Source: the human T2T-CHM13v2.0 reference genome, Homo sapiens. From it: 64,000 nt of DNA. Position numbers and translations under genes: made by a program. The notes beneath the pieces were generated by a model. The model ran no database searches. It was not told the DNA's origin and saw only the letters and a program-made list of their open reading frames with translations. This document shows, piece by piece, positions 39,987 to 52,721 of the stretch (its first letter is position 1; each line of letters opens with the position of its first letter). Where the stretch lies: the NCBI RefSeq assembly GCF_009914755.1, contig NC_060934.1; one strand, written 5' to 3'.

Positions 39987-40859
39987 AGATATATTCTCTC
40001 TAAAAAGCTAAGCAATAAAGAAAGATATGCATAACAAGGTTAAAAAAGGCACTCACTCGCTTGCCCATTACCTGTAGTTACTTGGGTGACATTTGGTGAG
40101 CCCATCCACGGCGCACGGGAGCAGGGAAGCTGGCATAGGTCGCTTGCTGTAAATGATGACATGAGATGATTTGATATGTGCCATCTTCCAACATAGGTAC
40201 CCATTCAATTTTACATGAAGACAACAACAGAAAGCAAAGCTGAAACGACTGCTGGATTTCCAGTGCATGTTTCTAATTAGAAGAGATATTAGTAATGCAA
40301 TGATCCCTCCCAGGTTCTGAAAATAATTGTGAGAGATGGTAAGGGTGGAGACATACGGTTTTAACCACGTGTTTTCATTTTCCCATTCTCTACTAAGAAA
40401 GACACAGGAATGGATGTAGCCACAGTCCCTTTCTCCTTCCCCCACCTTCAATGTTTTGTCAGGTATGATTCGAATGCTACCAAAGCTGATAGCCTGCACA
40501 ATCACTTTGTAACTTGACTTCCCGTAGATGTTTAGTCTCAGCTCTGTATTTTGTGGACTTGCCCCACCTCACCAGGGCTTTAATGAAGACATCTCCATTC
40601 CTAGGTCATTTTTATTCATTTCATGGTTGGCTAGATTTGTTGCCAGTGATTTTTTCTTAGAAGAACCCAGTGACCATACTCCCCGAGGCCCTGGGAGCGT
40701 GGGATCGCTGTCTCTTCCCATATGCACTCTGCCCCTGCGGTGGGCCTTCCGTCCTCATCTCAGCCCTCTCTAGAGCCTCTCCACGGTTTTCTGGCATCCA
40801 GCATGAAGTCCTAGGAAGGCCCTTCTGCCGGCTTTCTCATCTCCTGAACTTTCTGACTG

Positions 40860-41660
40860 AGCAGGTCTTCTGAGAAGGGCCCATGGATATTACCCAGTCC
40901 CTGAGTTCTGGAGTTCAGGCAACTTTGAGAGTGTCTGCTCATTGTCTTTGACGTTGAACGACCTTAGCTGGAGCAAATATCCTGATGTCTCATGCTCCCT
41001 TCCCGGGCGCTTTGCAGCCTTTGCCCTGTTGCCTCCCACAGACTGAGTAGACTTTGGCTGAGGAGAACTCTGAGCCAGTCTGATTGTTTTCAGCCTTGTT
41101 GGTGAATTCTTTATCTACCTGGATGGCTCAAGAATCATTTCTTTCAATTTGAAAATCAGGACCTTAACTAGGATATGTCTGGTAGATTGTTCTGTATAAT
41201 TTTATGCTGAAACCTGATATGGGCTGTAGAATCACAAGGCATTTCTTCTATGAATCATTCCTTTTCTTTTGCACTGCCTTGCTTCCACAGGTTGGGCTAT
41301 TTTTGGGGGAGCCAGTTTTCCTTATGCTTGACTAGCGCCGTCTCTGAGGTCAATTCTCTCTCTTTGCTTCACTCCCTGCTATGTCTGCACTGGCCTCCAC
41401 TGTGGTGATCACAGCCTTTTCTCTGTGTCACTAATTTGGTGTTGGTTGCGGGTATCCTCTTTCTCAATGTTTTGACTTTGTGTAGGATTCCTGTAATGAT
41501 GGTGTTTTGGGTCAACTTGTTTCCTGGGGTCTGCAATTTCTGTTTTCATCTTATTTCCTTGTTGATCTTGCCTTTGAGTGACTATTTTTACTGCATTTCT
41601 GTTCCTATTATATCCTTCTCAAGCATGAAGTACGCCTGGGAAATTTTCTTCTGATCCTCA
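40860..41660 (-). mobile_element. HAL1 / ancient L1 ORF1-like fragment
   Basis: gaggagaactctgagccagtctgatt and actaggatatgtctggtagattgttctgtataatttt resemble antisense HAL1/L1M ORF1. Confidence 0.5.
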
Positions 41661-41806
41661 GGGGATTTGGTCTAGGCCATTGATCCATCTTTTGCAAGGT
41701 GTATTTCTCCCTCCTCCTCATCCTCTTCTCCCTCTCTCTCCTCCTTCCTGCTCTCCTTCCAGGCGCTCACCTTTGGCCGGCATTGGTAATCACAGATTCC
41801 TTTAAC

Positions 41807-41971
41807 AAGGGATTTCTTGGCTGTGGCTGCACATTTGAATTGGGATGCTGCAGCCGGGTGTACTCTAGACCAACTAAATCAGAGCCTCTGTGGGTGACAG
41901 CCAGGCCTCTGTGTTTCTTAATCTCTCCAGCTATTTCCAGTGTGCAGCTATTGTTGAGAACTGTGGGTCTA
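41807..41971. mobile_element. MER5A-like DNA transposon
   Basis: ggctgcacatt...agaccaactaaatcagagcctctg...tgtgcagctattgttgagaac. Confidence 0.7.
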
Positions 41972-43203
41972 ATGTCTCAAATTATGTAGGAAAATAAGAA
42001 AATTTAACTCCTGACATAGAAAAGGGGTGACCCTGTAGGAGTATGTTTTGAGTTGGGACATTGCCCTACAGGGCCTTGTAAATGTCCTACAGCCCAGAGC
42101 TTGGTGACTGGGCCCAGAGAGTCCATTGCCTGGGGGCCGCTCCCTGTTGGTGGTCCTGGCTACCTGCCGTGCCCCGTGGCCGAGGCTTGCTTTTTGATTT
42201 GGACCTTCCCAGGGGCCTCCTCCTGCTGCCTGGAGGTTTGCATTGGAAGGAGCCTTCCTTTGCCTACCACCTCACTTGCTTTCAAACAATTATTTATTTG
42301 GAGGGAAAAAAAAGTCTTTGCTCAAAGGGCCCAGTCTGCATTTTCCAGCTTCTGCCAAAGCTGGAGTCTGAGCCATTACTTTGAAACCAAGCTGTGAATT
42401 GCTCATTCCTCACTAATTCCCACATGGGAACCTCAGTGTTTGTTTACTTTCTTAAAAAATTCACATTTAGCCTGAGGCTCAGCTGAAGGAATTTTAAACA
42501 TTCTTTAAGAGCTGTAAAGATGAGTTGGGAATGAAATGACCACTCAACTTTAACTAGAGCCATCATTTTTTTTCAAAGCATGTCATTAAGTACAGGCAAC
42601 GCAGTTGTGACTGAGGAATGATCTCCAGTCGCAGGGAGAATGTTAATTTCATTGGACATGTCTCTTGAAATGAATTTGTGGTTAAGGAACCATTTTTGAG
42701 CCAGGTAAAGCCCTACGAGAATGAATGGCGTTAGGATTCTGTGCACCCAGTGTTTCCTGAATGTTTGATTTGGTCAGGGAATCGTGCTAAGTGCTGGGTG
42801 CTGGCTCACCCTGTAAAACCAGCTACTGCTGTGTGGCGACAGATGGCTGGAGAGCCAGGGCTCAGCGGATCCAGTTGCAATGCATTTTCTAAGGTAAATA
42901 CATTCAGAACAATAAATGCTTCCCCAGCTCATACTGGAAAAACACTCACTCTAGGGCTGGAGATACCGAATTAGGATGTGCTTTATTGAATCCAGGAGCA
43001 CTGACTTCCTTGCGCATCCTCTCAAACCATGTCCCAGCCCCTCCAGAGTAATTCATAAACCACTCACAAGAACAAACATCATAAAACGTTTGAGCTTGGA
43101 GGAGGAAGAGCAGGACAGCATGGGGTACAGCATAGCCGCTGGGGTTCAGATATCGCCGCCCAGGAGTGTGCTGGTCTCTCCCTCGTTGTCTGGCTGTGGG
43201 GCC

Positions 43204-43760
43204 CTGGGTGTGGACCCTGGGTGTGGACCCTGGGTGTGGTGGATACTGGGTGTAAACCCTGGGTGTGGACACACGGTGTGGACCTTAGATGTGAGTTACT
43301 GGGTGTGGACCCTGGGTTTGGACACTGGGTATGGACCCTGGGTGTGGTGGACTCTGGGTTTGGACACTGGGTGTGGGTCACTGAGTGTGGACTCTGGGTG
43401 TGGACACTGGTTGTAAACCCTGGGTGTAGACCCTCGGTATGGTGGAGCCTGGGTGTGGACACTGGGTATGGACCTTGGGTGTGGGTCACTGCATGTGGAC
43501 AGTGGGTGTGGTGGACACTGGGTGTGGACACTGGGTGTAAACCCTGGTTGTGATTCTTGGATGTGGTGGACACTGGGTATGGGTGTGAACACTGGGTGTG
43601 GATCCTGGGTGTGGACTCTGGCTATGGGTCACTGAGTGTGGGTCACTGGGTGTGGACCCTGGGTGTGGACCCTGGGTGTGGGTCACTGAGTGTGGACCCT
43701 GGGTATGGACACTGGTTGAGGACTCTGGGTGTGGACACTGGGTGTGGACCCTGGGCATGG
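43204..43760. repeat. Degenerate G/T-rich minisatellite, 13-bp core ctgggtgtggac(c/a), about 40 units
   Basis: Read directly. 13-bp spacing at 43204/43217/43230, with longer variant units. Confidence 0.95.
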
Positions 43761-44559
43761 GATGCAGGTCTGGGGCCCCGTGTGGCTCAGTGCTGGCTGG
43801 TGTGCTCCAGGCACAGATCTGCTCTGTGAGTTGGGAAGCCTCTCCCTGCCTCCCCAAGTAGCCTCCTGAGGACTGAGGTCCTGGTTGGCTCCCGTGCTGA
43901 GGACTCTAGGATGCTTGATTTTGCTTAATTCTCTTGTGAATCTCTGGACTCCTCCTTCTCTTGTCTGCGGTGAGGAGGCCTCATGTGTGGGTTCATCCCT
44001 CTTCCTGCTGCAGCCTGGGGACAGCTCTGGGCTGCTCTGAGCCCGAGGAGCAGGTCGTCAAGTCCACCAGGATGGAATGCTCAGTAGGAGAAATTGCGCT
44101 GTGGGGCCATTTGAGGCGCCTGTCCATGCGGGTCCGTCCTGGCCCTTCTGAAGATAAGCCCTCCTCCTTGCACACACTTGCAGACACTCAGGCAGCCAGT
44201 GAGGAAGGAAGGTGGGCAGGGATCCGTCCGCTCAGTGGAAGATGGGCCGGGCTTTCGCAACCATGACTGGGCCCAGAGCGCTGAGAAAGGAACGCTTCCT
44301 TGAGAGTTAAAAACTGAGTTAAACAAATTTTGTTTGGAAGCTGAGGCTTGCACACTTCATGGAAGGTACCTTTGAGGCATTTGCTAAACTCACGAAAATG
44401 ATGCCTCAAGAACGCGTCTGTTTTTCAGCGTAATGTTTTGGGGTTAAAATACAAAATACACACGGCTCTATTTCTCAGGCTTCTACTGAGTCCAAGGTGC
44501 CTCAGGGTCTGAAGACAAAGCTGCGTCCTCCCGCTCAGGAGGGCCCGAGGAGCGGACGG

Positions 44560-44870
44560 CAGAATCTTGGGGCCCAGCCCGTCTGTCCCTCATGGGTCTG
44601 TGACCTTGGGCTAGCTCCTCAGCTGTCTGTGCTGTGGTGTTTGGAAGTACAGCTAACAATACAATTGCTAATTTTAACTACTGTTCATGAAATGCTTATA
44701 AGGTGCCAGACACCGCATGAAGCCTTGTGTGCATTTTAAAATTTAATCCTCAAACGGCCCTGGGAGTGGACGTTGTCATCTGGATTACGGGGGAGAAGCG
44801 ATCTCAGCTCAGCAGCTGGCTGGCCTGACCTCACGGCTTATGTGAGGCCAAGCCAGGACATAGCCCCGGG
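44560..44870. mobile_element. Two MIR fragments (plus strand about 44560-44650, minus strand about 44685-44870)
   Basis: ctgtgaccttgggctagc, then gtgccagacac...atttaatcctcaaac. Confidence 0.55.
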
Positions 44871-45362
44871 GCTGGGGAGGACTGCCCGCCTCCGCCTTGT
44901 ACATCTGCTGGCTCTCCACTTGCCTCAACGGATAGCAGGGGAGAGAGAATAGGAGCGTGGATGTGGGGCGGGGCTGGATCCGGAGTGATGGATGCGAGGG
45001 GCTGAGTTGATGCTTTTCTCTACTTTCATGCATGTTAGAACATTTCTATAAGAAGCAAAGTTGAGGCATATTATCATATAGATGGAGAAATAAAGACTGA
45101 ACTAGGGATAACACACAAGAAGTATAGAAGTATTTTCTGGTTTGAATCAACCTTTGGACGCCTCCCTTTCTGGGGTGTAGAGGGGTGGAGCCTGGCTACA
45201 GGGCTGTGCTGGAACACAGAGGGTCAGCATTTCCTCAGGGGTCCCTATATTGTCTGGCTATAGGCACGAGACTCTTCTGACACAGGAGGCAGTATCAATT
45301 TAGACCCAGAGAAATCTTAGCAATCACGCCACAAGTAGCCGCTTTTCCCCAGAGCCTTGTCT

Positions 45363-45590
45363 GTATGTGTAGGTATGTGTGTGTGTACCTGTGTTTAAGT
45401 GTGCACATACACATGCATGCATGGATTTGTGTGTGCTTGCATGCCTGTATGTGTTCAGGTGCCTGTGTGTGTGAACATGTGAATTTGTGTGTGTACACAC
45501 ATTTGTGTACATGTGAACATGCACATGCATACTGTGTGAGCAAAAATGTATTTACTGTGTATATATGTGCACATGCGTTTATGTGCGTGT
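45363..45590. repeat. Degenerate TG/CA/TA-rich simple repeat
   Basis: Read directly. Confidence 0.85.
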
Positions 45591-47266
45591 AAGAAAATAA
45601 TCATTCTCCAGTGCTAACAAAGAGCAAGCCCAGGGTTTGTTATGGTATGTGGTATGTGATGGTGCTCTGTTCCATAAATACAAGCCACTAATTGTAATAT
45701 TGGATGGAGGGGCTCATCTGAAAAATAGAGACGGAAGCCTTGTTTCAGCCCTGTAGGTGATGGTTTATGGCTGCCATTCTTCTCTTTACATTTCATTGCC
45801 TTTGTTTTGTTTTACATATGATTGCAGTAAAGAATTAAACAAAAAGTAAAACGTGGCCAGGCATGCTTCTGGTATTGCCATAGCCCGAGTTAGGTGACGT
45901 TTTGCACAGTTCATGTTTCTTGAGCACCTCCTAGGTGCTGGGCCAGGACAGGGTGCTCTGAAGGCTGTAGTGAACCAGCCACGCGGCATCAACCCCAAAA
46001 TGGTGAACCCAAGTGTGGTAGAGACTGAGCTTGTCTTCTTGGGGCTACTGGCCCATTTAGAAGCCTCCTTCCATGAGGCGATCTGGGGGAGCTGCACCCC
46101 TTCCCCCATGAGGACCAGTGAGAAGGCAGTTTGTGGGGAAACCAGCCAGGTGACACAGGGATGCTTAGGGCAGGTGGCAGTGACTCAGTCTGGTGGGGCT
46201 TCACTGCTGGTGCTTTCCCAGACACTTGCCCCAGGTGTCTGGCCATGCCCCCTGCATGTGAGCTCAGACATGCCCCGCGGCTGTTTCTTCTCTAGGAGAG
46301 GAGCCCAGGCTCTTCAGCCCGGCACTCTAGGAAAGGTGATTGAGTTGGCCATGGTTTGCACGGAGGCCTTTCAGGAAAGTGAAACTGAAGGAAGGATGAA
46401 CTTCTCCTTCACCTTGGAAATTCATAGTCCAGATTGCCAGCTTTCAGGAACCCTGTGGGCACAGGGTGGAAGCGTGCATTCACACTGTTCCCAGCTGTAG
46501 GGAGAAATGCACGGATAGGGAAGGAATGGCAGGGGCAGGAGGGGAGGCTGACCCACACTAGGCCTGTGAGCATCTGTGTCCTTGCCCAAGGTCCCTGCCC
46601 AGTCCCCCATGGGCCAGGGTCAGAGGGGTGAGCTGGGTGCATTGCTCAGGGAAAAAGGCTCAAAATTGCAGCCTTGGGGTGGCGGAGCTGGCCTCAGAGT
46701 GCCAGCCTGGCCCTGTCTGTGGCTCCTGCAGCCCACACCCTGGTTGGGCGCTTCCAAACGAATAATGGAAAGGAAGGGTGGAAGAAGACTTCTGTCTACC
46801 CCTGAATATGCTGTGCACAGCAGCTGCCGGACCCCAGATAATTTATTGGGGTCTGAATTTGGAAATTTTTTGATGAAATGGGTAATGGCCATTTAGCTGT
46901 GTTTCTCTTCTCCTCCCAAATCCACAGTTTCCAGGACACGGTTGGGGCAGCCAAGCTAAGGAGCTGCTGGACCTACAGAACTGTGAGCCCCACCATTTCC
47001 CCGTGGATTCTGAGTGACAAGGTGGTCCTGGCCTGAACTGGCCCCAACATTTCCCCATGGACTCTGAGTGACATGGCAGCCCTAGCCTGAGCCGGCAGGA
47101 CAGTCGCTGGCTGCCTGTGCTCCTGTGAACCCAGGGCCTGTCTCAAGGCCTGCCTGCTCTCAGTCAAGCCTGCTGGTGGGTGTGGGGCCCTTTCCCTACA
47201 CACGGTCCAATCGTGATCAAAGGAGGATGAGGATGGAGAAAAGTGTCCTTCCAGTTCATTCAGACA

Positions 47267-47895
47267 GTAACCTTCTGCATGATGACTTACTAGTACACGG
47301 GATGGAGGTGACCTTCTGCATGATGACTTCACTAGTACACGGGATGGAGGTAACCTTCTGCATGATGACTTCTCTAGTACACGGGATGGAGGTAACCTTC
47401 TGCATGATGACTTCTCTAGTACACGGGATGGAGGTAACCTTCTGCATGATGACTTCGCTAGTACACGGGATGGAGGTAACCTTCTGCATGATGACTTCGC
47501 TAGTACACGGGATGGAGGTAACCTTCTGCATGATGACTTCGCTAGTACACGGGATGGAGGTAACCTTCTGCGTGATGACGTTGCTAGTACACGGGATGGA
47601 GGTAACCTTCTGCATGATGACTTCGCTAGTACACGGGATAGAGGTAACCTTCTGCATGATGACTTTGCTAGTACACGGGATGGAAGTAACCTTCTCAGTG
47701 ATGCCTTCATTAGTACACGGGATGGAAGTAACCTTCTGCATGATGACTTCGCTAGTACATGGGAGGGAAGTAACCTTCTGCATGATGACTTCGCTAGTAC
47801 ACGGGAGGGAAGTAACCTTCTGCATGATGACTTCGCTAGTACACGGGATGGAAGTAACCTTCTCAGTGATGCCTTCATTAGTACACAGGATGGAA
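47267..47895. repeat. Minisatellite, 42-bp unit x15
   Basis: gtaaccttctgcatgatgacttcgctagtacacgggatgga[g/a]. Units 11 and 15 share the divergent variant tcagtgatgccttcatt. Confidence 0.98.
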
Positions 47896-48284
47896 GGGAA
47901 GGGTTTACTCTTAAGCCATTTGCAGCATTTCACCCTGTGCCTTTTCTGCATGAATCTAGAATCCCCACACTTGTGGAACATCCAACGAGCTTCCCTCCAA
48001 GTTCCTTAGATTCGGGTCTAGGAATTAGATACATTTTATGTATTATCGATGGCATCTTATATGAGTAAACTGCATCACTCATGCAGTCTTGCAATCCGAC
48101 AGTTTCAGTCTATTAGGATTTTGTTGCTGGAGGGGACAGCTGGTGGGTTGTTTGAACCCTAGGGCAGAAAAGCACACTGAAAAGGCAGAACATTTAGCTT
48201 TCAGTAAACCCATTACCTCGTTACACTTTATTTATGGTGGTGGTTCCCTCAGACTCTAAAGTTATTTTCTTATTTATTTTGCAG

Positions 48285-48338
48285 AACATTCCGATGTCTC
48301 CATGGATTTTACAGTGTGCTGCACAGACCCATGGCACA
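48285..48338 (+). other. Candidate 54-nt symmetric exon
   Basis: Acceptor ttattttcttatttattttgcag| and donor ACA|gtgagt. No stop codon in any frame. Confidence 0.4.
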
Positions 48339-49139
48339 GTGAGTAGAAAGTCATCTAAGTGTCTAGTCTTCCTGGGTCAGCAGTATAGAATGCGTTCAGG
48401 AGTGTGTGACTCTTGTACACTTCAAAAGCCTGGAGACAAGTGCTTCCCAGCTGTGCTGCAGAAGTGGGCCCTGGGTGCAGAGCCGGAAGCTTCCAGATTC
48501 TCTGCATGGCTGACCCAGAGCTGCCTCCACATCCCTGGCTGCTCAGAGAGGCCTGAAGGCCCCAAGAGCAGATGTCGGGGAGCGGGTGGCTCTGGCCATA
48601 TTGAGGCAGGGCTGCTGGCTCCTGTTTCAACCTCTCTGCCTCTGAGCTGGCTGTCCTGGGATGCGTGGGTGTGGGCATGGGCGTAGGGGCATGGAAGGGG
48701 ACCATGTCCTGCAGATGGACGTCTAGCTAATGAGGATGCTGTGGGAGCGTGTCCTGGGGTCACTCCCTGCTCTCTGGATTTTCTAAGTACAAGCATTCAA
48801 AACATTCTGGGGTTACAGCAGAGGCATGGCCTCTGACAGGCAAGGATGACATGTGGCCAGACACACCTGGACGTTGTGGGGAGTAGGTCGCTTTAGGAAC
48901 CCTGTGGCCAGGCTCAGCTTAGAGCTGGGAAGAGGTCCGGGAAAGGTCTGTGGTATGCCTGGCACTAGCCCTGTGCAACCAGGCCCGTGTGGACGGTCCA
49001 GGCCATGGCCAAGGTGAGGCTTTTGTCTATTTATCTTAGAAACACAGAGGATATTTCCATTTTTATGCACCATTTTCTGAATCAGCCACATAATCATTGG
49101 TTCCTACAGCAAGAATTTCACCAGATTCCGGGTTTTATT

Positions 49140-49300
49140 AATTCAGCGGGAAACGCTCGCTGCCTCCTCTGTGCCGAGACCTGTTCCAGGTTCTGGAGAT
49201 GCATAAATAATGACCTGTGGTTCGTGCTCTCTGGAGGTACCTGTGCTGTAGAAGAGAAAAAGGTACACGTGCTCAGAGCATGGTGAGATGGTTCATCGGC
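49140..49300 (-). mobile_element. L2 3' end fragment
   Basis: cctcctctgtgccgagacctgttccaggttctggagatgca. Confidence 0.5.
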
Positions 49301-49649
49301 GAAGGTCTACACCCAGAGATGGGGAGGCTGGTCCCAGATCTCAAGGGATGGTCCCTTCTTGGAATCAGAATCGTCTGCATGAAGTGGTGGTGGGATGCAG
49401 AAACCCGGGGTGAGGCAGCAGCCCTGGGGGCTGGATCCGGGAAGGTCCTGAGATGCTTCTGGTCAGGACTCAAACTCCAGGAAGGGATGCCTCAGTGTGA
49501 GACACTGGTGCCTCCTTGGTGAGGTAGTGATGGGGGCACCACTGCCGTGCTGGCTCTGGGGATAATTCCCCCCAGGGGGTTTGGGCTCAGAGGCAGGGCC
49601 CCACCGCGTGTTGGAAAGACAGGGCGTGGTGTTTCAGGAGACTGGTCAC

Positions 49650-49855
49650 ATAGAGTGAGGACTAGACCTGTGAGCTCACAGAGCAAAGGGCCACAGTCAG
49701 GTCCTGGCTCTGCCTCCTTGAGCAGCTGCTCGGCCTTGACCTGCCTCAGTTTCCTCATCCATGAAATGGGAATGTTGGTATTATCTGCCTTGTGGCTTTC
49801 TCATGAGGGTTAATGAGGATGTGCAGTGCCTGTCCCATCGTAAATGCTCAATGCC
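49650..49855 (+). mobile_element. MIR
   Basis: Core gcctcagtttcctcatccatgaaatggg and tail gtaaatgctcaat. Confidence 0.8.
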
Positions 49856-50604
49856 TTGTTTCCGTGGTTGTTCTTAGAGTCTTCCAAACTTAATCTATGG
49901 GAAGAAATTATCATTTAACAAGTAGAATTAATCTCTGGGGACATAATTTTCATTTTTGTAAACAATTATGTCTCTTCTTTACTTGAAGTAGGTCAAAATC
50001 AGAATATGTAGTAAATTTAGCCTCCAAAGTTTAGCTAAATACGGTAATACCTGATTACCTAACACAGGCTAATTTTGCTTTGGGGTCATCTAAAGGGACG
50101 GTTCAGATGCAGTCATTCATCACTGCTAAAATCCTCACAAATATTTGTGTGTGGTTATTGTTCAGTAACAGCAACCCCTTCAACTCCAAATACAAGCTTC
50201 AAACAGGTTCAATGATGGGAGCTGCCCAAGAGACCCAGGTCATCTGGTTTACTCCCAGGAGAAAAGTCACAGCAGACACAATTCGTCACTTTTGGCTGGG
50301 AAGCTGCTTCTCTCATGAGATGAAGTCGTGGCCATCAGTAACTCTTTCCTAAACTCTTCCCCATCAAACTGAGTGCGCTCCCTGGCCTCTGTTAATAAAC
50401 AGCGACTTCATGTCCAGGAATTGCACTGCTTGTTGTGAGGCAGATGACGTGGATCCAGGCCAGGTGTCCAGGTGGGAATCCTGACATGTGAGGTCCGGGA
50501 GAGGATCTTGCTCTGTGGAGTCAGGGCCCAGGTCAGGCAAGTGCTGGACCCGAGATTGGCCTTGGTTCTCTCCTAAGGAGTGTCCGGACAAGGGAGCAAT
50601 TGAC

Positions 50605-50630
50605 GTGTGTGTGTGTGTGTGTGTGTGTGT
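50605..50630. repeat. (GT)13 microsatellite
   Basis: Read directly. Confidence 0.95.
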
Positions 50631-51349
50631 AAGATCATTGACTTGCTGGTCAAAATAAATGACAAATGACAAAAATAGAATCCTTTAGTGTAATTCCCTA
50701 CCATGGACACCCAAGATCCCAAAGCAGGATGCCATCATTTTCATATTATAAACTGTGCCCCCCAGGCAGAGCAGAGGTGGTCGCGGCCAGTACTCCTGCA
50801 CTGGTTGGTCCTGCTGCCATCCTGCTCTTCTCCGCCAGAGCCCCAGAAACTCCCTGTCAATCCTATGTCTAATTTCACTGGAAGTCCCCCATGGGTGGTT
50901 TGCTGGTATTTTCTGACCTGATATTTAATCTCAGCTCTTCAGTGTCCCCATCTCCTAGCAGATCTCACTGGCTGGGGTTTGAACTGGTGATGCCAGTTCA
51001 ATCTCTCTGAGGACATGGTATCTGGGAGGCAGAGCAGACTGCAGTCCTGGGACACACAGATTGGGCTGAGCCTCACTGCCTGGCTGGGCCTTGCTCTCCT
51101 GGTTAAGATGAGTAGGTTAGGGGGCCTGAATGGGCATCTTGGCAGCCTGTCCACTCCCCTTTCTCAGAGCCCACTGCTCCTTCTCACTGCCCATGTGATC
51201 TCTGACCAGGAGCTTGTTCTCTAAGTTCTGGCCTGTGGTATCCTGAGGCTCTGTCTGGGGGTAAGTGCATCCTGGTGCCCCATTGGCTTGGAAGATGGGA
51301 AGGGTGGTGAGATCCCACTGTGTGCCCTCCTGGGGAACATCGCAGGTGC

Positions 51350-51815
51350 TGGGCCAGCCTGAGTCCTTGTGGGAAACAGATGCATCCTCAGTTTGTGGAA
51401 TTTAAGGAGAGTTTAATAAGAGGATAATATGAAGGTGGGCAGAGTGTGGGGATGGCACAGTGCTTTGTGCTGGACATGGGATCGTGGGGCATGTACCATG
51501 CTGTGGATTGAAGAGAGAAGTGGGAAGAAGAGCTGGTGGAAATGAGGGGCATGGGGAATCTTGCAGGAGCTGTGTCCATCACCCAAGGAAGGCACCCAGT
51601 CTGCGGGAGCCCTGCAGGCAGAGAGCAAGGATGGGTTGTGGATAAATACTCCCCCTTCTCTCTCCTCCCCACCTTCCTCCCTTCCATCTCCTGACAGGGC
51701 TTCCCAATGGCTGAGCCCACCTGGAAGCCAGGCAGGGAGCCTGGTGGAGCCTTGCGGGTGGGCTGCTATGCAGCGCCTGGTGGGGAAGGGTGAGGAGTGC
51801 TTTTGCAGAAACAGA
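51350..51815 (-). mobile_element. LTR33-type ERVL LTR
   Basis: ggagagtttaataagagga and ccatctcctgacagggcttcccaatggctgagcccacctggaagccag...gggagcc. Confidence 0.65.
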
Positions 51816-52361
51816 AGCTCTCTGTGCTGCACGAGGAGGTGGAGGCAGCTGTGGCATCCTGGGCTTGCTGCAGTGTCCCTGTCCACAAGCAAGCCAGTCA
51901 TTTGCTCTCACTGTCTTTGGGACACAGGTTTGAGGTGTGTTGGCCTCTCTGGCTCATCCTAATATCTGTGCATAGGCTGACCAAACCTGGGAGACAAGGA
52001 TGTGAGCAAAGGAGAAACCCGGAGCCCGGGACCTCACATGCTGGCCATGAGAATCCACAGACAGTGCTGGGAACCATCTGCAATGGGTGCTTGTGGTTCA
52101 TGGGATGGGAAATACCATGGCTGAGCGGTGAACACCAGCATCTCAGAGATGGAGGCAGACACAGGAACCGGGAGGGCAGTCAGGGGGCGGGGGATGAGCG
52201 GGCAATTTGGAAATGGAAGATGGAAGGCAGACTGGGCACTGCCAAGAACTGCAGCCTGCTGGCTCCAGGCTGCATCCACAGGGTGCTCCAGGGGCCGTTG
52301 GCATCTGATGTGCATTGAGAGTCTCACCTGGCTTGGTTGTTGCCTTGTAGAATTTTGCTGA

Positions 52362-52520
52362 CATTCATTTACTTATTCATTCACTCAGCAGCATTGATTG
52401 AGCACTGTTGTTTGATTGACACTGGTCTAGATCTAGACACTGTGGGGTATGAACATTGCATAAGTCTTGATTGGTGTTTTCAAGGATATTTACATCTGGC
52501 AAGGAAGATTAGAAGCATTT
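52362..52520 (-). mobile_element. L2 3' end
   Basis: cattcatttacttattcattcactcagcagcattgattgagcac. Confidence 0.6.
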
Positions 52521-52721
52521 ACTTACATATGCACAAGAAGCCAAAATAGGAGACTTTCAAACACGCGCTGCAGACCTACTGCAGAGGAGGGGTCATGGGT
52601 GGTGGGAGGGGTGGTGTGTGAGCTGCTGCCTGGAAGGAAGCGGGGGGGGTGTCAAAATTTTTCTTTCTATTTTAAAATATATTATGCAACCAAAACAGGG
52701 TATAAAAATATATGCACTCAG

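Noticed and set aside
43204-43760. Interstitial telomere (GGGTGTGG resembles yeast TG1-3)
   Set aside because: There is no TTAGGG array, and units contain fixed non-TG linkers, so the resemblance is coincidental.
42946-43861. W/V/T/G-rich and mucin-like ORFs
   Set aside because: These are translations of the 13-bp VNTR.
47267-47895. Tandem C/D-box snoRNA array (ATGATGA box C in most units)
   Set aside because: There is no D box (CTGA) in the units, no terminal stems, and the 42-nt unit is too short.
46973-48009. Long ORFs of 301, 294 and 241 aa with 14-aa repeats
   Set aside because: They are produced by a 42-bp (3n) VNTR that is stop-free in several frames on both strands. There is no domain resemblance or gene context.
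52425-52438. 14-bp perfect palindrome gtctagatctagac
   Set aside because: Short and inside a decayed L2. One such palindrome in 64 kb is not surprising.
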